From the NCBI GenBank assembly GCA_965285935.1, contig OZ260663.1, forward strand, positions 55,986,001 through 56,050,000: a stretch of 64,000 nt of DNA. Reading direction: 5' to 3'. The notes below the pieces were generated by a model that saw only the letters and a list, made by a program, of their open reading frames with translations, was not told the origin of the DNA and did not search any database. Shown here one piece after another: positions 27,600-39,500 of this stretch. The stretch's first letter is position 1. Each line of letters starts with the position of its first letter. The translations under genes were made by a program, and so were the position numbers. The DNA comes from Ophelia neglecta (taxonomy: Eukaryota).

Positions 27600-28281
27600 C
27601 ATGGTTTAGTTTCAGTCTTGACTTTTACCACCAGATATTCTGTGATTGCAAAAACTGATTTCGTACTCTTTAGTACTTACTGTTAACATCATACAAATGG
27701 ACTCATATACAATGTGTATGTTGAATTCATTTATATTATAGAACAAAACATCATTTAGATTATATGTGATGAATCGCCACTGTCGATATTTTTGTCACTG
27801 CCAAGGAGTTACCATAAAATCCCTGTGATCACCATCATCCCATTCATTATAGAAGATGTAATTGTGCTTGAATCAAACAAATCAAGGGAATTACGGTAAC
27901 ATCGAACATGGGCATTATAGGAGAGAGAACTTGCGCTGTTTTCAGCGTTATATACAAGGGAAAAATACCTCACAAATCCAGCTAAAACGTTTCACTGCCA
28001 TACCATATATAGTATATTGTATATATATTCTTTTATTGAATTTTGTAGCACAATTTTATGAAAGTTTGGCCTGAGGATGATTTTCATTGGTAGAATATAG
28101 GCTACATTATACGAGTTGAATATTGAAAACATTTTTATGATTAACATTGCATTTGCGTAAGTTGTATTTGTTATTCAATGGCTTAGAAAAATTATACACT
28201 GGTTTCACACTATTTGTGAAAATATATAAGGAATATAAGAGGCAGTTTCATTCATTTTACTTAGAGAATATTTATTATAAA

Positions 28282-28557
28282 CTAGTAGGCATTGCTCGTC
28301 ATTCTGCCCGTGATAAGAAAATCAACTTGCTTCTGCCAGCTGTTAAAAAAATAAGTGAAATAGGCGGGAGTCCGGATGGGGTAGAGAGGTTGTATTGGCA
28401 GGGGTAGGGTTGGGGTGGAGGGTAAATTGAAGATAATTTTACCTTTCAGCCCTCAAGGTCATAAGGACTAGGAGTCGGGTACTTTCGCGGAAACGCCAAA
28501 GTGTAAAACCTACTTTTACAAACACACGTAGGCCTGTCTTTTAAAAGTTAAGACAGA
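28282..28557 (-). mobile_element. Short non-autonomous Helitron-like element (276 bp)
   Basis: The minus strand reads A|TCTGTCTTAACTTTTAAAAGACAG...CACGGGCAGAATGACGAGCAATGCCTACTAG|T: 5' TC, 3' CTAG, inserted between A and T, with a degenerate GC-rich subterminal hairpin. Confidence 0.55.
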
Positions 28558-28960
28558 TGTAAACATACCCTTGATCTTGTTTATTCACCGTTATTTTATA
28601 ACTGTATGTATGAGGAAACTCAGAGCGCCTACTCAGTCCATACTACTAGCCACGGTTCAATTGTGTTATTTATATTCTTAAATTGTCCTAGCCTCTAATG
28701 GTTAACGCACAAACATGCCTTAATCTTAATCATAAATTTGACGTGAACGGTTAATGTACGATATTAAGCATTAGGTGAAGATTCCTTTGTGTGATTACAT
28801 TGTAAAATACATAATTTCATATAGTTTAGTGTATAGATGTAAATTCCGTTCTATTTAGGATTTAATGGCCTTTTGATTACGACTAAATGTAAAAGTCGCT
28901 TTGTGAGTGCGTAATTATATTGACTGACATATATTGTGTACATGTAACAGTATTTTAAGA

Positions 28961-28966
28961 AATAAA
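28961..28966 (+). terminator. Candidate polyadenylation signal of the ADAMTS gene
   Basis: AATAAA preceded by TGTA motifs and followed by a T/GT-rich tract (~28990-29020). Confidence 0.45.
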
Positions 28967-31900
28967 TTCTAGCTTAATGATGCTACTGATTCTCTGTCTG
29001 ATTTCTCTGATTTTTGCTCCACTCGGGATCTACTCCCTCAGCGGAGTTAGGGGCTTTTCATGGCACTGGGCTGTATGTAGTAAACTTATTATCTGATCTA
29101 GGCCTATACCAAGGAAAGATATATTGCGAATGATTTTTTTTTCACTGTAAAATTTATTTAGGCCAATTCTGACCAATCAAGTCAATGTAAAAGTACAAAA
29201 CTTATATATATACAAAACATAAATATTTACATGCTTTACACACACACTAATCATAGACTATATTTCATTCTATCCTTACATCTTTTCTTATAATGCATTC
29301 ACAAATTTAATAAAAATAAAACAAACAATTACATTATCTTACAAGCAACAATACAAAATAATAATGAAAATGTGTCAGGCACTAAGATCAATAGGATAAT
29401 AAAATTGTTAAGACGTATAACACTAGCAACACAGTCGCACTGTGTGCGTGGAACTACCGCGGTTTACTCCCATACTACCGACAGCAGCATACAAAAATAT
29501 GTATATATATATATATATACATATACTAAAATGTAATTTCCTTCAACAACACTTTGACGCAGAGGGCATAGCCCGTTTTCTACAGGTATAGTTTGGTCTC
29601 TGGTGTCTGTCATTTTCAATTTGAAATAAAGCATGGTTGGTTAGACGTAAGTTGGTTAAAGCCTGACGAGACTAACAGTACGTGGTGGTAATAATTTTTT
29701 TATAGGCTAAATCATTTTTTGAATAATTAATTTTTATGTTAAGGAGAAAGGACAAGGAGGTGTGTACTAGTCAAAAAAACCGGGGACGTTCTTTAAGTAA
29801 TACTCGCCACCGAGTCGTTTCACCGACTTAAAATCCAACCAGCCGTATCGTACTTTTCTTAAAATAAAGGCCAATCACACGTGTGAGGTCATGTTTGAGT
29901 GAACACTGTCCAGTGCCAGCATACGTGTATAGATTTGGAGTCCTCTTTGCTTGCACAACGTTGTCTTGTTTATGCATACTCCTATATTTACCGTGTCCTA
30001 CCATGTATCAAGATGATTGTAGCAATCTCTTCCTTACTCAGAATAAATTCAATTCTGATGATTTATATCTGACAAGGAAAATTCAGACATGCAAGGAAGC
30101 AGAAGAAAGGTTCGCTACGCCTGTAACTGATAGAAGGGTATCTGAACTGGAGGCTAAAAGGTAAAAGTAAATACTTTATGAGTTAAAATGTATTAAGACT
30201 GAGTACAATGTTTTATTGTTTACAAAGGAAACCGCAGTAATAAGTTTTATTATAAGGCCAACTAGGAATTTATTAACTCACCTGTTAATTAAAGTAATGC
30301 CTGTTGAATAATACAATACTATCAGCCGTGGTATCTCTAGTTAGTAATTTATTGAGTAGCTTTCATGGAAAATGCGTGAATGTATTACATTTTTGTACTT
30401 TATTCGTATGAACCATATAATGTTTTCAGCTCTTTTGATCACAAATCAACTATTCCCTTGTTTTAAGAAGGGATTTATATCAGTACATAAAAGTTCTTAA
30501 GTCGGCCATCATCGTATCTAGCCCAAAACGAATTCCCATCAACCTCGTACTCACCGTTCAGTATGGTGCGGTCATATTGACATAACTAACTGTTTAAATT
30601 GTCTCAAAACAAGATTGCTCTCCGGGAGGGTTATATTTTTCTTGCGAGGGGATGATTTTACGTAGTATGTTAAAAACATTCTCTCTCAAGAAAAATGCGT
30701 GAAGTATTAGGTTAAGTTCGCCGCTAAAGATCAGTTGCTTCTAGTATTAATGTGATAAGCCGAACTGTTTTTCTTTAAAGTTTGTAATAACCAGTTAGCC
30801 TATTTGTAATCAATCATTGTAATAAATTTCCTCAGTTTGTGCCTTTTTAGGCGCTAGCATCGGAGTGCTAAACCTATAAACAAAAAAGGGTGTCATATTT
30901 AATTCATTTCCCCTTTGAAAACCATATTAAAAGAGTTAATAAGCAGGCGTGCAGGCCCTCCAATACTGACAGGCCCCCATGTGTTTACAGGCATAGGAAG
31001 CTTACTTATAAGCCAAGATGGTGATTGTGGGGTGTCTTCTGGGGCAGGTGGCACTGGAAAAATAAAATTCACCTTACAAAATTAACAGATTCCCGACAAA
31101 ATCAATATTTGACTGCACGATCACGTAAAAAAGTAATCAGTACCCACATCACAAACTAGGAGAAAGATAAAGGCATACACATGGCACAGTTGTCCCGAGA
31201 CGGGCGATGCGATTGACCGTGTAAATTCGTACACATTCAGGTATAACAGCATTATTAATGCGCGAATTCCTGACATGATTAAAATGTGCGAAGATATTAG
31301 TTGCAATCAATCTCTCAAAAACTCTTGATAAATACGTGTTATTTGATGATTTACAAAGGGACAAAAATCGTGCGAAAACTAACAACCTTAAAATTTATCA
31401 TGTGTACCAACTTACATATAATTAGTTAAACAGGAGTCTGCTTAATTATGTGACCCCAGATCAACTGGAATTTGATCTTAAATTAAACTTTAAAACCGAT
31501 CTTCTCAATAAGCTTTATAAATAATAGTTAGCACCCGATATTCATAATTCATATCAATATCAAATGTAGTCCTGCACCGAAATTTGAGTTCCCCATTCTC
31601 CTTAAACACAAAATAACCTGTACACAAATTTTGACTGATCAACTCATGACCATCGAAAATTATTAAATAAAAGATAGGAGAATCGTAAGTTGTGTCCAAT
31701 CTAACATAAATCCACGAAATTATACGGAATTACCATAATGATTAATAAACTAAATAGAGCCATTTTAAATAGGTAAAATATTGTTAATCACGCTTCCAAC
31801 TACATTCAATACATTGAATACATTCAATTTATTTATTCTTAATATCTTTATAGAGGACAGGCATAAAATATTGCATCACTAACTCTGTTTATCATAAAGC

Positions 31901-34175
31901 CCCAGCTTAAAAACACAAACTATATATATGAGGCAATTTTTTTTGTAAACCGTGAATATAAAGGATAGTTTACATGCATGATTTATGAATTAAAGAGTAT
32001 ATATATAGTTAAAGAACATTTTATTTGCCCTTATCTGCGTGGTTTTAAAAGTAGACCAGCCAAACCTCGAGCGAATGTGTCTCGGTAAACGATAACAACG
32101 GTTATTATAATCACAATAATAGAATAGTTTTCCTAATTAAATTAAATGTGATTATATAGTAGTTAATCCAGAATTTGTGCGTACTTATTAGTCCTTTTCA
32201 TATGCATGCCTAGGCCTATTGTAGTAAGCCCATATATAAACTCTTAAAATAACTTTATTTTATAAGAAGTCGGCTGTGATTGGCTGAGAAAGAGACTTGT
32301 CAATGACATGCCCACCAGCCAGGGTTACCCATAGGCTTGTATAAAGAGTGGGGTTTGTTTTTATCACAAACCCTCTTAACCTGCAGTCCACTGACCATTG
32401 GACGGTCTTTTAGAAACCTTTGCAAATATTTTTGCCGTCATTGACCTTTTTATCGCTCACTGTGTTCTTTGATAAAGCTACAATAACAGGGCAAGGTCGC
32501 ACCTAATCCGTGTCCTCCCCTTGTCATGTTTTTGTTTTCCTGTACATCTTTCTATTATCTATTTGGCCGCTGAATCATCTTGTTCTGAAGCACGTGTATG
32601 AAAGGGCCTGAAGTGTGCTTAAAACGATATTGATAAAAAAGACGACCTCGTAGATGTCACATTCAGTAATCAATTGCAACGAACAAAGGGCTACATACCT
32701 GTATGCTCGGTTAACTGAACTAGAATCAAGGCTAATGACTGTCAAACAATGGTAAGAAATGGGCTTAGCAATGCAACTCATTCAAAAATATTAATGAGAT
32801 CATTAAAAACTTTAAGGGATAGCTAGTTATAGTGAGAATTCGCCCCAAGGATAAAAGAATAGCTTAGAAAAATATACGCTCCAGAAGTTTATCCTTCAGA
32901 TTTTTCTGAAATCGGCATGGCCTCCCATTTCTAGGATCCCACTTTTATTTGCCAAAGCCTTCTAGTTTAGATATACCGAGGAAGTTAAGTCTTTAGTCAG
33001 TAACATAGAAGTGTTAATTCAAAAGAGTGGTTTCATCGATACTAAGAGGCCTACTATAATTATACCTAAAATCAATAACTATCAACATTGCATTGATATA
33101 CGAAATAAATTCTAAATGCCGGATCTTTGACCTTTTTCTGATGCATTACTAAAGGATTTTGTCCATGATGCCTGTGTGAATAGTGCTGTACTGACTAAGT
33201 TTTTTAAAACTTTATTTGAAAGATGTCATTGTTTATCATATCCTTTAATGTACATGTATGTGATACATGCCTCAATCATGCTCTCCGTAAAATAAAATAA
33301 ATCTTCGATATATTTTATAACTTCTGTCCCTCGCAAGAGTTAACTTTGATTGTAGACTGACCATCCTGCGTTTGAGAAGGAGCTCGAGGTTAGCCCTTGG
33401 GAAGGAGAAAGAGAAGAGAGATAATTCGGAAACTATAATCGTTAAATTATGCCTTATTTTGGGTGATAACAAAATATTTATCGGTACCATTAACCTAACC
33501 AAGGATTAACATCTTAATATTTTAGTATTGGCTATACTCAAGAATTCAAGAATAATACGTACTTGACTACAGGTAATTGGAACCAAGTTAATGAAAGGCA
33601 AATTCTTTAGATGAGATCATTCAAACTTTATTCTAAGATAGGCCCAGGGAAAATAATAAAATGAAGAAAGAAAACCCAAAGCAAATCAATCTTGATATCA
33701 AGGAAATTACAAGAAATCATAATACTATATTATGCTATTGAAAGCAGGACATTTAATGTGTACAATACCAAAAAAGTAGGTAGTCATTTTGACAGGATCC
33801 GTGTGTAATCAAATAATACATTTTACCTGGCAAAAGGCAGATTTTGTGTAGGCTAAGCATAGCATAAAGCAGATATAATGGATTCCGTAGCTATTACGGC
33901 CGAATGAGCGTACGATTCGCCGCTAGTCACGTATATCCAAGTATAGTTTGCAATTCAATATTTTTTATAAAGAAGTATTATCATGTTCCCATAAGAATAT
34001 GGTTAGGCCCACATGTCTTTTTAGCAGTAATCAAGATTTATTTAGGTGGGCATTTCCTGCCAATTCAATTCGGTAGTATACAGCAATGAATAGGATAGCG
34101 TGAAAACAAATTGCTGAACATTTCGAAATTAAGATGCAATGCAATTTTCGGTTCACCATGTGATAATACCAATCA

Positions 34176-34353
34176 CAGTGAAACCTGTGAATTAAGACCA
34201 CCCAAGGGACTGGAAAATGCTGGTCTGATTTTGGAGGTGGTCTGTTTAGACAGGTCATTTAAGATTGAAAGTATACAGCATGGTTCTCATATTAGTGGTC
34301 TGAATTGACAGGTGGTCTGATTATAGAGGTGGTCTTTAAAGCAGGTTTCACCG
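34176..34353. mobile_element. MITE, Tc1/mariner (pogo/Tigger-like) type, 178 bp
   Basis: Terminal inverted repeats cagtgaaacctg...caggtttcaccg (11/12 match, extending inward to aagaccac/gtggtctt). TA on the right flank, CA on the left. Internal aggtggtct repeats. Confidence 0.75.
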
Positions 34354-35825
34354 TATTATATAATTTATAATAAAGGCTTATCATTATCACTTGCAAACGT
34401 TTAGTCCGTTTTTTTTTCGAAAAATTGAATTCAATCTTATTATCAATATTTATTTAGCCAAATCCTCTTTGTTTCAGCACGGTATAACATGCTCAACGCT
34501 AATTTCATCTGTTGTTTGTACCGTGGGCCTGTTAACCCTTTTTACTTCAAAAACGTATTAAACAATAAATATCACGATGACACTTATTAATGAGTTTGCA
34601 TTTATACATTACAGTTCTCACTTGTCACTGGTACAGTAAAAAAATAAATTACATCTACATACCGTACTTGTGATACCCAGGCCGAGGAAAAATTCTGGTA
34701 CTTTAAGTTTCCTCGCTGTTTTCAGGAATTGTATTTTTCAAGTTTAGGCATACTGTCGCATTAATAGTTGCACTGATACAAAGAAATTAAAGCTTGTTTT
34801 AAAATCAGCTAGGGCTGTACATACTCAAATTCATATTGCTATCCTAATTACTTAATATTAAAGATAGGTTAAATATAACGGGCCCTGGTGCAATTTCTAC
34901 GCCAGGTTATACATTTATCTAATCGATCCATTTTACAACTAGGCCTCTGCGAGTAACACAATGTCATCAAAGTGAAAATAAACTTCGAAATATGCATTAT
35001 AGTGTACCTTAATCCATATCCGAGCAAATTAAAAAAAAAACTCCTCAATAATAATAATTAAAACTATCCGCTGTCGTCTTTTTGCCTAAAATGTGTGTGC
35101 AAACGACGGCCTTTTGATGACAATATTTTGCCATGATATTCCCTGTACCAACGTAAGGTAGATGAATGTTGCATTAACTTTCAATGTGGTCTCCTTCACA
35201 AAATAGTGAACATATTATACAAGTTTTCTCATTCAAGATTGCAGTTTGTTCTATATGAAATTATGAAAACAGACAAGGATAAATATTGTCATATATATCA
35301 GAATGAACTTACTTTATTCTGTAATTAGATGCAAGTACACATAAGAGTATTAACAGTCCGTCAGCACTCGTATTTGATTACTTTGCAAGTTCACCATGAA
35401 TAGAAGACGAACAATGCTTACAGGGGCCTCTGATTTAAAAACAAGTATTCTTAGCCTATAAATGTTAGTTTTGAGGGAAACGAAATTTAAAAATGTGTAT
35501 AATAAAGCAAAAAGAGGGGGGGGGGGGGGCACACACTGCTTTTTATCAAAAGGCATATACATATATAGGCTTACTATATGTAAAAGAACACCTGACTCAA
35601 ATGATAGGTTTATAACTTAGACGAATGAAGATAACAACCGTGGTATCTCCTTGAGCTAAATTCAGCTCAGTTACTGTGTTCAATATAAAAATTAAACGTT
35701 TTTCTGATGACAAAGATCATGGATAAAAAAAGGGAAAAAAAGCTTGCAGTATACTGAGACTCACTCTGCTTATCTCAGTTTGACAATCTGTCGCTGTGGC
35801 CTCTTGACTCATGAAGTTTCATAAT

Positions 35826-35865
35826 CCCCCCCCCCCCCCCCCCCAACACACACACACACACACAC
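35826..35865. repeat. poly-C plus (CA)n microsatellite
   Basis: Directly visible. Confidence 0.9.
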
Positions 35866-36286
35866 TGCCAAAAACTCTTCCAGGGCTTTAGGAACAATCT
35901 AAATGACCTAAAGTGTTGCAAGCATAGTTATTATTAGATAGCTGTTCAAAGTATTCGATATTGCACAAATCAATATATGTCAACTGGGATTAAAAAAGGC
36001 CCGTGTGCAACCATCCTTTGTTCGATATGTTGATTAATATGTGTCGCTTATCCTTTACAAAACCAAGTTATAATGATAAACTGCGTGCACTATGTTCGGT
36101 GGAGGTGCACTGTCAAAGGTTCATCTGATCTCTGCCCGAACAAAACAATAGATTTGATATCAGTTCTGCTGAAGTTCACCACTCAACAAACAGATTAAAT
36201 TTCGCAGAGATTCTTATTGTATGACTGGCCCTAATCTTCTGTCCGATGTCATCACTTTCGTTGTCTTTGCGCAGGTTAAATGCAAT

Positions 36287-36366
36287 AGGACTTTGCGCCC
36301 GCGGCCTAATGTCCCAGTTATTAAAGGTGTATATATAAGCCCTCGGAGAACCGAATGCTTCAGAAG
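36287..36366 (+). promoter_or_regulatory. Core promoter of the apolipophorin gene (HNF4-like site, TATA box, Inr-like)
   Basis: TATATAAG at 36332-36339, TCAGA Inr-like motif about 30 nt downstream (A at 36362), GGACTTTG (reverse CAAAGTCC) at 36288-36295, and the ATG 100 nt further in GCCACCATGG. Confidence 0.6.
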
Positions 36367-36461
36367 CCTTTCGGGTCCCGCACAAGAAGTTTCCAAAGCG
36401 GTACCTCACCGCCCACCATAGAGGGGATACAGGGAATAGCACGCCTTGTGTTTCAGCCACC

Positions 36462-36525
36462 ATGGAAGGGAAAACTTTCGGTTATTTGTGTATACTCCTT
36501 GGCATTGTTGCCGGAGTCTGTGCAG
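36462..36525 (+). CDS. apolpp: Apolipophorin exon 1, signal peptide
   Basis: GCCACCATGG context; MEGKTFGYLCILLGIVAGVCA(G) |gtaaat. Confidence 0.88.
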
Positions 36526-39500
36526 GTAAATACCTGATTATTTGCATTATAACCATCTATACTTTCATTATTTTTTTACACAATGTATCAGATTCAAGCT
36601 AGGTTTCCAAAAAGAGCCATACCGTGGACAGTGTAAAGTTTAAAGTTTGCAATAGGTCTGAAATACTTCATAAATAGATTGCTTTTTCATAAAATATAAA
36701 TTACTGACCCTGTTTGTCAAAACTGCGCACCTGAATTCTTTAATATATTTTTCCTAGATAAAGCCAGGGAAGCTACCTTTAGTTATTCGAATACTCGGCT
36801 CCAATTATTTTTTAATTTCATATAAAACGTTGCTGGAATTAGGCATAATGAAGTCAGACTTAACTGATTCACTTTGCCTGATTTCCTTAGTGGAAAATTT
36901 TACGTCAACTTAGCATGACGCTCCGTGGGTAAAGAAATCAACGAGAATCAAAAATGTGAAGTTAAAACAACACCAGTTATTCATTTAGGTTGTATAATTG
37001 TATCGAAATTTGTGATGTGCAGGCTTAAATTAGGTAATTGAACGGATATTATTCCTACAACCATTAGTTTAACCTTCTGGCGATACCTCTGTATAAGTTT
37101 ATGTCGGATGAAAAATATATTATCAGAATGATCCGAGGGGCGATAGCCCCGACGACCATTGTCGTCTGCTAATACAGCGCTCCCAGTGCATTAACTGATG
37201 ATTCAAGAACAACTCGATATAACCTGAAAATAATGTAGTGTTCAGACAAAGGAAAATACATAGGCAGCATTATTTTCCTTCGACAGTTTAACAATACTCA
37301 TCTCTTATTATTACAGGACCAGTTAATGTACAAGAAGCCACATGTGCCAAAGAATGCAGAGGTATGAATTTTTTAGAATTTCCTACCCTTTCAGCGTGTT
37401 TAAAGATTTTATTTAATTTAATTGTTGCTTATATACCATTAGATATTAACCCACCGGGTACATGTATAGTGAAGAGCTTTTACAGCACAGTTTGCCATAC
37501 TAGTTTAGCCTTATAGCCTATTTGGCGTTTTGTCAATTTATCATACACACAGTAACAGCGATATTAAGGATATTGATGTCGGATCTTATATTTATTTTAT
37601 AATATCCTTAATATATAGTCTAAACTACTCTGTGTTATCGTCTTCTTCAATTATTAGCCTCGAAGTTCATTATTTAGCAAAAATGCACAAAGGCTTATCA
37701 CATTAAGCATATACATTTAGCACCAATTATACATATGTATAGTTTAAGTTACTGTTTCATCTATTTATCAACATACCTTAGATGGAGGAATTGAACTAAG
37801 CTTAGCACTTAACATTGACATGTTTATTATCATTGCTGACTACAGGATTCTTGCCTTTTGCAAAGGCCTACCATAAGCACCAAACATAATTTTTCCTAGT
37901 TGAGAAATGTTCCATTTTATGACCACCAGACATAAGTGAATTGCTTATTAAAATGTTCATCCTTATTCCAGTCGACCAGAACACACTAAACTACGAAGTA
38001 GGCAAAACCTACGTATATCAATATGAAGCCGACTCCGTGACCACGCTCCAGGGCGCCTCCGACGAACACTCCAGTCTTCACATCCGAGCCACCGCAGAGA
38101 TCGAGGTCCTTGCTCCTTGTGAGCTCGTGCTCTCAGTAAGTGTCCTAAATTTAAGATACACCCTATATTAAACTTACCAGACTTCCTTTAAAGAGGCAGT
38201 TTTAAATTGATTTTGTAATATTTATGATTTTTACTTGTCAAAACTATGACATATGCTTGTATAAACATTACAACGCTTATTAATTGATTTGTGATAAATA
38301 CCCACCAATCTCGTAGCAAGGCGGGTACTTCAAAGTACAGTGGTATCTCAAATGACTGATTAGCAGAAAGCACGTGACTGAAAGCACACATTTATGTAAT
38401 GTTTAGACACTTGATAAAGTTGCTAACATATATATATATCGACCTATATTGGCACGCACGGATTCATGCACTGGCATTTGAGATCCAATAGACTTCAGGT
38501 CAGAGGACAATGTGATCGTGGCAAGTGGCCACGGTAACTTAAATATCACAACTTGAAATTCATAAACAATTAAATTTAAATTTTACCGGGCTAAGTGCAT
38601 GCCCTATACTAACTATAACGAAAATTGACAGCTATACGAAGTTACATATAATGGGTGTGTACAGAGGCTAGACTTTTTAAATGTGTATGCTGTTGAAATA
38701 AATATCAATATATAACCCATGATAGATTTGAACTATGTGAAGTTACCGTTTAGGCAAATCAAATATGCAAAGTCACAATTTGAAGCCGACGAGCTAGACT
38801 TGATTGACAGGGTGACTGTTGTTTTTCATATGCTTATAAGTATGCTTATCATGATGGATAACATTAATACCTCGCTCCCGATAACAGCCGCAAAAGTGTC
38901 GACACAGTTCGAATGTTAAAATTAAGGATGTGCTAAACTTGTCGAGTGGACGGGTGAACTGGTGATGTAACGGGATCCATCCAAAGGACAATGGAAAGAT
39001 AAATCCGAGTGAAAGTTCATCGCTAATGGCTGCTTACTAAAATACGGCAGATGAGTTTACCCTGTAGCTTCCACGTGGTTTGCATGAACTGCCATTGTAT
39101 TCCACGGTACATTGTCAGTACACCTGCACGTTCCCTTTATACTTAATCAAATAATTAAACAGTTATAGATCCTTCCAAATCAGATAAATTATATCCTTGA
39201 ACATAGGCCCGCTAATGTGCTTTGTGCCATATCATATCTATCGATGTGGACCCTAATAAAAAAAAGAATTTCTACACACCAAACGTACTTTATTGGTCTA
39301 TAACAACAATAGAAGTACTTAATTTTATTATTGTCATGCCATTGTTCACTCATGAACCAATTACTTGAGGCCTACTTGGGAATGAAATGTTCTGTCGTCG
39401 ATCCTGGTGGTATTAAATACTTACCATATTAGTTGCCCTATTTGATTAAAAGACTTTTGGGACATGGCAAAAAGCTTAAGGACAAGAAGCTCTTCAAGAA

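Noticed and set aside
27599-36462. Functional link between the ADAMTS6/10 and apolipophorin genes
   Set aside because: Adjacency alone; separate promoter and poly(A) signals and no evidence of co-regulation in the sequence.
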